Positions 37,168 through 44,756 of a stretch of DNA of 64,000 nt are shown piece by piece. Position 1 is the first letter of the stretch; each line of letters opens with the position of its first letter. The stretch spans positions 139,282 through 203,281 of the forward strand of contig DAOOOX010000002.1 of assembly GCA_035387945.1 (NCBI GenBank), given 5' to 3'. This DNA is from Verrucomicrobiia bacterium (GTDB taxonomy: Bacteria > Verrucomicrobiota > Verrucomicrobiia > JADLBR01). A program made the position numbers and the translations under genes. The notes beneath the pieces are model-generated. The model had not been told where the DNA came from and searched no databases. It saw only the letters and a list, made by a program, of their open reading frames with translations.

Positions 37168-37692
37168 TCAGTCCATCTCAATCTGGATATCGTCCACGGG
37201 CTTTTCGCCCTCGAGATAGGCCCGCGAACGAAACACCCAACGCTCGTTCTCCGGGTCGTCAAAGCGATAGCCCTTGAGCTTCAGTTGCTCCAGGGCCGAC
37301 GGTTCCTTGAAACATCGCCCGCAGCGCTGGCAAGTGCTCATGAATAACTCCAGTCGCTGCCCCACGTCCCCGATGACGTCGGTGGCATTCTCGTACTCCG
37401 TGCTCATGGTGATCGCCTTCTCAGGGCACACTTCCGCGCAGCGCCCACAATAGGTGCACCGGCGCCCCAGATACTTCAGGATCCGGATCTCCTGGCAGGG
37501 GTCGTACACCAGGATCTCCCGCGCCGGGCAGTTATTCGCGCACCCGGCACATCCGATGCACTTCGCCGCATCAAATATGGGCCGACCACGAAAATTGGGA
37601 GGCACCTCGCGCGGACGTGCCGGGTACGGCAGCGTCACGCGACCCGCCCTCAGGCAGACGATCGCCTCTTTCAGCTTGCTCACAAAAGACAT
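37168..37692 (-). CDS. 2x[4Fe-4S] ferredoxin-type hydrogenase subunit (HycF/NuoI-like)
   Basis: Two CxxCxxCxxxCP motifs (CIGCAGCANNCP, CTYCGRCAEVCP). ATG 37692 verified. Confidence 0.75.
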   Translation of the reverse strand: MSFVSKLKEAIVCLRAGRVTLPYPARPREVPPNFRGRPIFDAAKCIGCAGCANNCPAREILVYDPCQEIRILKYLGRRCTYCGRCAEVCPEKAITMSTEYENATDVIGDVGQRLELFMSTCQRCGRCFKEPSALEQLKLKGYRFDDPENERWVFRSRAYLEGEKPVDDIQIEMD

Positions 37693-37701
37693 CGTTTCAC
37701 C

Positions 37702-38628
37702 TCACATGCCAAGGCTCGCAAGGACCAGCGCGACCATCGACACCCCAAGCAGGCACCCGAAATACCGGATCGCCTGATCGATCCGGTACCGCGCGTGCGT
37801 CGCCGCCACCAGCGTCACCAGCAAAACCAACCCCAGCACCTTCCCCCAGGTCAACAGCGCGCCCAGCGGAAACACCAGCGATGAGCCCCACGGCAGAAAC
37901 AGGGCCACGAACAGCGCGCTGTAGGCCACCAGTTTCACCATCCGCGCATACTTGAACATCGCCAGCTTCGGCCCCGAGTACTCCATCAGCGGCCCCTCCA
38001 TGATCTCCGTCTCAGCCTCGGAGATATCGAACGGCACCCGCGCAACGAACGCCTGGAACGACAGGGCCACGACCCCAAGCATGATCAAACCAGAAACGGG
38101 CACCCCGCCCGCCGCGTACACGGACCCGTCGAGCACGGTCTCCAGCCGGAATGACCCCGTGTGGATTGCACCGATGAGAATCGCCACGGCAAACAGGGGC
38201 TCCAGCGCGACCATCGACATCATCTCGCGGCTCATCCCAACCAGAGAGAATGTGCTGCCCGCCGCCAGGCCGCCCAGCACCGTGCAGACACCGCACAACG
38301 TCATCAGGTAGATGAGGAGGATGGCATCACCGGCGCCTTGCAGCGGCACCCCGACGCCCATCGGCACCATGCACGCCACGGCCACCGCCGCCGCAAATGA
38401 CAGCCTTGCCGCAAACTGTTGCATCCCCGGCACGTCCCCAGACTCGATGTCCTCCTTGCCAAGCAACTTCAACAGATCGAAATAGGGTTGCCAGATCGGC
38501 GGGCCTTGGCGCGACTGGATGCGGGCCGTCACCTTCCGCACCACGCCCTCCAGGAACGGCGCCACCAACAGGACGGCGCCAACGTTGAATATCCCAGCCA
38601 AGACCAACCTGCCCCAGTCCATGGTCAT
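37702..38628 (-). CDS. Hydrogenase membrane subunit (HycD/NuoH-like)
   Basis: About 8 TM helices. N-terminus is typical of HycD/EchB (ARIQSRQGPPIWQPYFDLLKLLGKE). ATG 38628 verified; it overlaps the upstream stop (ATGA). Confidence 0.75.
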   Translation of the reverse strand: MTMDWGRLVLAGIFNVGAVLLVAPFLEGVVRKVTARIQSRQGPPIWQPYFDLLKLLGKEDIESGDVPGMQQFAARLSFAAAVAVACMVPMGVGVPLQGAGDAILLIYLMTLCGVCTVLGGLAAGSTFSLVGMSREMMSMVALEPLFAVAILIGAIHTGSFRLETVLDGSVYAAGGVPVSGLIMLGVVALSFQAFVARVPFDISEAETEIMEGPLMEYSGPKLAMFKYARMVKLVAYSALFVALFLPWGSSLVFPLGALLTWGKVLGLVLLVTLVAATHARYRIDQAIRYFGCLLGVSMVALVLASLGM

Positions 38629-40301
38629 CCCCTCCCCCCCAGCGCGAGGCGCCGCAGATCCTCGCCCGACCAGATTCGCCTGTGGCCCGACCTCACGTCG
38701 ATTGTCTCCATCCGGTCCGTGCACGAAAAACAGGGGTCGATGCTGCCCAGCGCGATCGTCATGTCTGCGAGTTGCTGGTCCTTGATCATCGACGGAATAC
38801 CCTGGAGGTTCTGATAGGTCGGCGCGCGCACCCGCCAGCGCCGCGGGCGGTTGTTCTCGCCCGTCACGACGAAATGATGCGCCTCGCCCCGAGGCGCCTC
38901 CACCGACGAGAGCCCCATGCGACCCACCGGCAACTCGTCCTCGATCTGCGACTGGATCGGCCCGCCCGGCATCTTCTCAAGGCACTGGCGGATGATTCGG
39001 ATCGACTCGAAAACCTCGTTCATCCGCACGACGAGGCGCGACCAGACGTCGCCATCGCGCGCCACGATCACGTCGAAATCCACCCTGTCGTAGGCCGCGT
39101 ACGGGTGGTCGCGACGGCAGTCGATGTCCGCGCCCGATGCCCGCGCCACCGGCCCAACCAGGCCGACATCCTTGACCAGTTGTGCGCTCGCCACGCCCAC
39201 GCCACGCGTGCGCTTTTGGATGTTGCGGTCGCTGCTGACCGCATCCACCACACTCCTCCACTCCTCCTCCAGCTTGTCGAGAACCCCCCGCAGCTCGGCC
39301 GCCATCTCGGATCCGATGTCCCAGCGCACGCCCCCCACGACACAGAGCCCATACGTCTTTCGATTGCCCGTGATCTTTTCCGCCACCCACATGATCGGCT
39401 CGCGGATGCGGAAACTTTGCATGAATAGCGTGTCGAAGCCGACGATGTGGCACGCCAGCCCGACCCAGAGCAGATGGCTGTGCAATCGCTCCACCTCCAG
39501 CATGATCGTGCGAACGAATTCGGCGCGCTCGGGCACCCGCAGCGCCGCGGCGTTCTCGACCGCCTGCACGTAGGTGACGCTATGGACGCACCCGCAGATC
39601 CCGCAAATGCGCTCGGCCATCATCGGGATGTCATTGTAGGAAAGGACCGACTCGGCGAGTTTCTCGATCCCGCGATGCGCCATGAACCCGCGATACTCGC
39701 ACCCGCGCACCACCTCCCCGTCCACGTACAGCCGAAAATGCGCGGGCTCGTCCAGCGTCGGATGAAATGGCCCGAAGGGCACCACCACGCAGCCCTCGGG
39801 CGGATCGTCGAACTTGAACTCCAGTTCACCATCAAAGTTCGCTGGGACGTGATCCCACGAAACATCTTTTCGCAACGGGTGCACGCCCTCCGGCCACCCG
39901 TCCGGAAGGACCAGCCTCTTGGGATACCTGTGCCCGATGGGCTCGATGCCCACGAGATCGCGAAATTCCCGCTCCGCCCAGCTGGCCGCCGGAACGACGT
40001 CCGAAATGCTGTCCAAGGCGGGCCTCTCGGCCGGCAGATATGACAACACCCCGCACAGCAATTTCGCCCGGTCGAACGCAAAGTTGTGCGCCACGAGATA
40101 CTCGCCAGAGAACGGCCGGTCATCCGCCCCGATGCTGATCACATACCGCGCGCCCATGTCGCGAAAGATATGCCCGCACACGGCCTTGATCGCCCTGGGA
40201 TCGACCACCACGAACATGCGCCCCCCGCCGGGCAGATCCGCCCGCCGGATCGACCCGCCGAATTTCTCCTTCAGCTCACCCAGTTTTGTGCGTGCCTCCA
40301 T
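38625..40301 (-). CDS. Group-4 [NiFe]-hydrogenase large subunit with fused N-terminal NuoC-like domain (HycE-like)
   Basis: Both Ni-Fe ligand motifs are present: N-terminal RICGICGCVHS and C-terminal DPCFSCTDR. A NuoC-like domain precedes the NuoD-like domain, about 560 aa in total as in HycE. The track ORF begins on a TTG at 40313, and ATG 40301 (MEARTKLG) sits behind a GAGGG RBS. Confidence 0.85.
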   Translation of the reverse strand: MEARTKLGELKEKFGGSIRRADLPGGGRMFVVVDPRAIKAVCGHIFRDMGARYVISIGADDRPFSGEYLVAHNFAFDRAKLLCGVLSYLPAERPALDSISDVVPAASWAEREFRDLVGIEPIGHRYPKRLVLPDGWPEGVHPLRKDVSWDHVPANFDGELEFKFDDPPEGCVVVPFGPFHPTLDEPAHFRLYVDGEVVRGCEYRGFMAHRGIEKLAESVLSYNDIPMMAERICGICGCVHSVTYVQAVENAAALRVPERAEFVRTIMLEVERLHSHLLWVGLACHIVGFDTLFMQSFRIREPIMWVAEKITGNRKTYGLCVVGGVRWDIGSEMAAELRGVLDKLEEEWRSVVDAVSSDRNIQKRTRGVGVASAQLVKDVGLVGPVARASGADIDCRRDHPYAAYDRVDFDVIVARDGDVWSRLVVRMNEVFESIRIIRQCLEKMPGGPIQSQIEDELPVGRMGLSSVEAPRGEAHHFVVTGENNRPRRWRVRAPTYQNLQGIPSMIKDQQLADMTIALGSIDPCFSCTDRMETIDVRSGHRRIWSGEDLRRLALGGRG

Positions 40302-40309
40302 GCCTGCCC

Positions 40310-42271
40310 TCAATCGTCTCCGCGCCCGCCCGCCGCCAGTTCGCCACTAGGTCTCGCGCGCGATGTTGTGGCACCGTCGCGTGCAGCGCCGGACGCTGTA
40401 CCGCCCATCCACCGGAAATACCGCATCAATTCTCCATAGTACCCTTTTGCCGCATAACGGTGACAGTCTGCCTCCGCCACATAACCGCACAGCCATGGCT
40501 CGGCCTCTCGGGCCCTCGCAGCCCCCAACCTCGACACGAGGCGCGCGACCAAGAACCCCAGGCCCAAAACACACGCGAGCACCACCGGCACCAAGACCGC
40601 ACGCCCTCCAAATACCGCGACCCCAAGTGCGGCCGCGCCCTCCACGGGCCATGCCTCGGCCAGCGCTGCCCCCGACCCTCCTGGGCTGCTGCCCAGCGCG
40701 GCACCGACCAGCTTGAGCCCCAAACCCGGAAGCACGCCCAATACGATGCACGCAACGGCAAGCAGCCATTGCGGCAGACCCATCATCCAGCCCACCTCCA
40801 TCGAGCGCCGACCCGTGGCCCTCTGCTCCACCCATGCGCTGGTCCGAGAGAGGAAGCTCGCACCAAAGAACTTGACGAACGCCGCAAGCGTTAGCGCGCT
40901 GGTAAGAATGGCGATCGCCGCGCACAGGGGAACATACCTCGCCCCCGACGCGCCCTGGATGGCCCCAACGCACAGTCCCCACTTGCTCGCAAAACCATTT
41001 GACAGAGGAACGCCCGATACCGACAGGGCGCCCACGAGTGCCGTCACGCCCGTCAGCGGCATCAGCCGCATCAATCCCCCCAGCCTGTCGAGACTCTGCG
41101 TGCCCGTGGCCCAGACCATCGACCCCGAATTGAGAAACAGCAGGCTCTTGAAGAGGCCGTGATTGATGGTGTGGAAGAGCGCCCCCCCAAGACCCATCGC
41201 CCCCAACGCCACGAGCGCAGGATCCGCCGATGGCAGCAACGAGAGCGCAACGCCAAGCCCAAACAGGATGTACCCGACCTGACCAATGCTCGAAAATGCC
41301 AACAGCCGTTTCGTCTGGTCTTGTTGAAGGGCGGCCACCGTCCCCGTGAACAGCGTGATCGTGCCCAAGATCACGATGGTCAAACCCCACGCTGACATCG
41401 GGCATCCGGCACGAGAACCCTCTGGCACCAACCACAAGAAACAGCGCATCATCCCATAAACACCCGTCTTGATCATCACGCCCGACAGCAGCGCGCTGAC
41501 GGGCGAGGGCGCCGCCGGATGCGCGTCCGGCAGCCAAATCTGACCGAATGGCCACATGCCCGCCTTGATGCCAAAGGCCGCCAGGAACAGCGCGAGCGCC
41601 ACCACCACCACAAACGGCCGCGTCTGCAATAGCACCGATACGTTCCCGGCCAGCGAATCGAACTCATACCTGCCGGCGTGCCCCCCGGCACCCGCCCCAG
41701 TCGGTGCCAGCAGCGCTGCCCCGATCATCGCCAGCGCGCACGCAACCTGCATCATGAGGATGTACTTGTTCGCGGCACGGATGTTCGCAGCCTCCCGGTG
41801 CTCGAATCGAATCAGCAGATAGCTCGGCACGGTCATCATCTGCCAGAAGACCATGAACACCCACATCGTGTCCGTGACCGCCACGATCCCATACATCCCA
41901 GCCACGAACATCAGGAAATTAGGGTAATAGCGCGCAACGCCGTAGCCCGGGTAGTGGTCCATGTACCGGATCGAAAAAAGCGCGGCGATCGGCGCGATCA
42001 TCGCGATGATCGCCACGAAAATCGCGCTCAATCCGTCCACGTAAAATCTCACCGCCAGACCCGGATGCCCGAGGATCAGCCACGCCTGCCCACTCGGCTC
42101 GCCCGAGCCCAGCACCCCGGCCACCGCAACAAGGGCCAGCGCGCTCGAAATGCCCGTGACCGCAAACGCCACCCACCCGGCGGCGGCGCGACTCCGAGCC
42201 ACAGGCAGCGTCAGCGCCGCACCCGCAAGGCAGGTGAATATCGCAAACATGTGTGCCTGGCCCGAAGTCAT
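40310..42271 (-). CDS. Hydrogenase membrane subunit, NuoL/Mrp-antiporter-like (HycC/HyfB-like)
   Basis: Large polytopic protein with NuoL/MnhA-type motifs. ATG 42271 verified (MTSGQAHMFAIF); it overlaps the hycI-like stop (ATGA). The track ORF starts at 42439. Confidence 0.75.
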   Translation of the reverse strand: MTSGQAHMFAIFTCLAGAALTLPVARSRAAAGWVAFAVTGISSALALVAVAGVLGSGEPSGQAWLILGHPGLAVRFYVDGLSAIFVAIIAMIAPIAALFSIRYMDHYPGYGVARYYPNFLMFVAGMYGIVAVTDTMWVFMVFWQMMTVPSYLLIRFEHREAANIRAANKYILMMQVACALAMIGAALLAPTGAGAGGHAGRYEFDSLAGNVSVLLQTRPFVVVVALALFLAAFGIKAGMWPFGQIWLPDAHPAAPSPVSALLSGVMIKTGVYGMMRCFLWLVPEGSRAGCPMSAWGLTIVILGTITLFTGTVAALQQDQTKRLLAFSSIGQVGYILFGLGVALSLLPSADPALVALGAMGLGGALFHTINHGLFKSLLFLNSGSMVWATGTQSLDRLGGLMRLMPLTGVTALVGALSVSGVPLSNGFASKWGLCVGAIQGASGARYVPLCAAIAILTSALTLAAFVKFFGASFLSRTSAWVEQRATGRRSMEVGWMMGLPQWLLAVACIVLGVLPGLGLKLVGAALGSSPGGSGAALAEAWPVEGAAALGVAVFGGRAVLVPVVLACVLGLGFLVARLVSRLGAARAREAEPWLCGYVAEADCHRYAAKGYYGELMRYFRWMGGTASGAARDGATTSRARPSGELAAGGRGDD

Positions 42272-42792
42272 ACGCGGACCGGATCGGTTTGTGTTCGGGC
42301 CAGCGCCGCGACGAACAATTTCACCAACATGTCGACGGTCTGCTGCACGGCCGACGTCAGGGACGCTTCCCCCACAAGGGAATTCGGTTGGACGCCGAGC
42401 AGCCAGACCCGCGTCTTCCCATCGGCCTCGATCGCGCAAGCCAGCGTGCCGAGGCTCACCCTGTGCGTCGAAATCTGGGGAAAACGCTCCGCCATCTGCA
42501 TGGAGTCCAACAACACCACGGATCCCGGCGCGCCACCAAAATCAACCGCGTCCAGAAACAGCACCGTATCGTAACCGCCATCCGCCAGATGCGGGAGAAA
42601 ACGTTCCGGCGCTGGGCCGGCGGCGATGATCTCGGGCGCGTCTCCACCCCCATCGCCGATTCCCGCGGCCGCCCGCAGCGACTCCGCGAGCCTCACTCCC
42701 AGCGCGTCGTCGCCAGAATCTGTATTCCCCACACCCACCAGACAGGACCGCCCCCGGACGCACGCTTCGATCTCCTCGCGCAGGTCACTCAT
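42268..42792 (-). CDS. Hydrogenase maturation endopeptidase (HycI/HyaD family)
   Basis: Motifs LVGVGNTDSGDDALGVRLAE...VLFLDAVDFGGAPGSVVLLD...STHRVSLGTL. ATG 42792 verified (MSDLREE); it overlaps the upstream stop (ATGA). The track ORF extends to 43083. Confidence 0.75.
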   Translation of the reverse strand: MSDLREEIEACVRGRSCLVGVGNTDSGDDALGVRLAESLRAAAGIGDGGGDAPEIIAAGPAPERFLPHLADGGYDTVLFLDAVDFGGAPGSVVLLDSMQMAERFPQISTHRVSLGTLACAIEADGKTRVWLLGVQPNSLVGEASLTSAVQQTVDMLVKLFVAALARTQTDPVRV

Positions 42793-43640
42793 CAGATGTC
42801 CTCCCCGAGCTTCTTGATCTGGCGATATGTGAACACCGGGCCGTCCACGCACACGTAGGCCACCCCAATGCAGCAATGCCCGCACTTTCCGACGCCGCAT
42901 TTCATGTAGCGTTCTAGCGTCGAGACGATGTTCTCCTCCGCGATCCCCATCCCAGACAGATCTCGGATGACAAAACGGAACATCACGGGCGGCCCGCACA
43001 CAAAAGCGACCGTGTTCTCCACCGGCACCCTCACGCCCTCTTTCTTGAAGAGGCTGCCCACTACGCCCACGTTCCCGGTCCACCCATCTTCGCCGCGATC
43101 AACGGTCAGGTGACACTCCACGCCGGCCGCCTCCTCCCACTCGCGCAGGTTGTCCCGGTACATCAGATCCTTGGGCGTCCGCGCCCCCAGGAATATCTGG
43201 ATGCGCCCGTAGCTCTCCCGGTGCGCCAGTGCATACATGATGCACGAGCGGAGCGGGATGAGCCCGATGCCACCCGCCACAAAAACCAGATTCTTCCCGG
43301 AGAAGGCCTCCATCGGAAAGCCGTTGCCGTATGGCCCGCGCACTCCGAACTTCTCGCCCGGCCTTAGGTCATGCAGCGCCGCAGTGCAACTGCCCACCCG
43401 CCGCACCGTGAAAAACGTCTTCCCCTCGGTCGGGCTCGGGGGCAACGACAACGGCATCTCTCCGGCCCCAAAGAGCGACACCTGCACAAACTGGCCGGGC
43501 CTGAAACGCATGAAGGTTTCCTGCTCCCGCGCGTCCTCGAAATGCCAGTGGAATGTCTTCACGTCCTGGATCTCGTCCACGACGCGATCCAGCACGGCGA
43601 TCTTCGGAAGGTAGACGTTGTCAGTCACCGGCGGATCCAT
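42792..43640 (-). CDS. FAD/NAD(P)H-binding [2Fe-2S] oxidoreductase subunit (AsrB/HydG/PyrK-like)
   Basis: FNR-type flavin/NAD fold (RFRPGQFVQVSL...LVFVAGGIGLIPL). C-terminal 2Fe-2S cysteine cluster CGVGKCGHCCIGVAYVC. ATG 43640 verified. Confidence 0.65.
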   Translation of the reverse strand: MDPPVTDNVYLPKIAVLDRVVDEIQDVKTFHWHFEDAREQETFMRFRPGQFVQVSLFGAGEMPLSLPPSPTEGKTFFTVRRVGSCTAALHDLRPGEKFGVRGPYGNGFPMEAFSGKNLVFVAGGIGLIPLRSCIMYALAHRESYGRIQIFLGARTPKDLMYRDNLREWEEAAGVECHLTVDRGEDGWTGNVGVVGSLFKKEGVRVPVENTVAFVCGPPVMFRFVIRDLSGMGIAEENIVSTLERYMKCGVGKCGHCCIGVAYVCVDGPVFTYRQIKKLGEDI

Positions 43641-44754
43641 GCTGTCCTTTCGGTTCCGCCGCCCCCGGCCTCTCGGGCGCGATCTTGTCGTCCTGTGCCG
43701 TCGCGCGGCGAATCATCTCCACGACGCTCGGCATGCCGATGTCACCATGGCAAACCTCCGTGCAGCGACCACAGCCTACGCATGCCATCGACAGCTCGCG
43801 CTGGATGAAATAGTGGGCCAGTTTTCTGAAGAAACGACGGTTTCGGCGATCATGCACCGCCCTGCGCGGGTTGTGTCCCCCGGCCATCCGCGTGAACCCC
43901 CCCAGCGCACACGCATCCCACAGGCGCACCCGCTCCCACTCGCCAGCGCCCACCTCACGGTCCCTGACCGTGAAACAGGTGCAGGCGGGACAGACGTACG
44001 TGCACCCGCCGCATTCCAGGCAGCGGACGCCAATCTCCTCCCACGTCTTATCGAGAATCTTCCCCTGCGAGACATATCGCACGGTCGCCGAAAACCAGCT
44101 TGTCGTGGCCTCCTTGAATTGCTTGCGCACCTCGCCGAGAATCCTGCGGCGCCGGGCGATTTGCTCCGCCGCCCCCCGCTTGAAAATCGGATCCGCGAAC
44201 AGCGCCGCACCCGCGGGCGTGCCGGCCACCGCCATGAACTCGCCCCCCCCAAGATCCATCAGCTGCAGATCAAAGTGGTCGCGCGCCGCCGGACCGGTGT
44301 CGGCGCACACGCAGAAGCAGGACTCATCGATGTCCGAGGTCGGGTCGGTGCACACGACGTTGACCAAAAACAGGCCCCTGCGGTGCCGCTCGTAGTAGAC
44401 GTCGCGGAAATCCCGGCCCAAGAAAAACCTGTCGAGATGCCAGATGCCCGCCACGTCGCACGAGCGGATGCCAAAGATCGCCCGCCGAGTCCCATCATAC
44501 GTCGGCTCGACCCGCGGGTCCCCGCCCCCTCCCCGAATCTTCATGATCCGCTCGATCTGGGGAAACACGTACCGCTTCGGGGGATGATAGGGATTTGCGA
44601 TGTGGATCTGGATCTGGTCGCGGTTCTCGTCCGTCACGATGTCAAAGACACTATCCCGCCCCCGTCCCCGGAACGGCGCGAGAACTTCGTGGTCTTTCCG
44701 CAGAAGATCCACGATCTTCAGAACGTCGTCGCGATGAATGATGCGGGCGCGCAT
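43621..44754 (-). CDS. Fe-S subunit (AsrA/HydB-like, two 4Fe-4S clusters)
   Basis: Ferredoxin-like cysteine clusters (CLECGGCTYVCPACTCF; CVGCGRCTEVCHGD). ATG 44754 verified (MRARIIHRDDV), 2 nt after the fdhF-like stop. The track ORF starts at 44916. Confidence 0.6.
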   Translation of the reverse strand: MRARIIHRDDVLKIVDLLRKDHEVLAPFRGRGRDSVFDIVTDENRDQIQIHIANPYHPPKRYVFPQIERIMKIRGGGGDPRVEPTYDGTRRAIFGIRSCDVAGIWHLDRFFLGRDFRDVYYERHRRGLFLVNVVCTDPTSDIDESCFCVCADTGPAARDHFDLQLMDLGGGEFMAVAGTPAGAALFADPIFKRGAAEQIARRRRILGEVRKQFKEATTSWFSATVRYVSQGKILDKTWEEIGVRCLECGGCTYVCPACTCFTVRDREVGAGEWERVRLWDACALGGFTRMAGGHNPRRAVHDRRNRRFFRKLAHYFIQRELSMACVGCGRCTEVCHGDIGMPSVVEMIRRATAQDDKIAPERPGAAEPKGQHGSAGD

Positions 44755-44756
44755 GT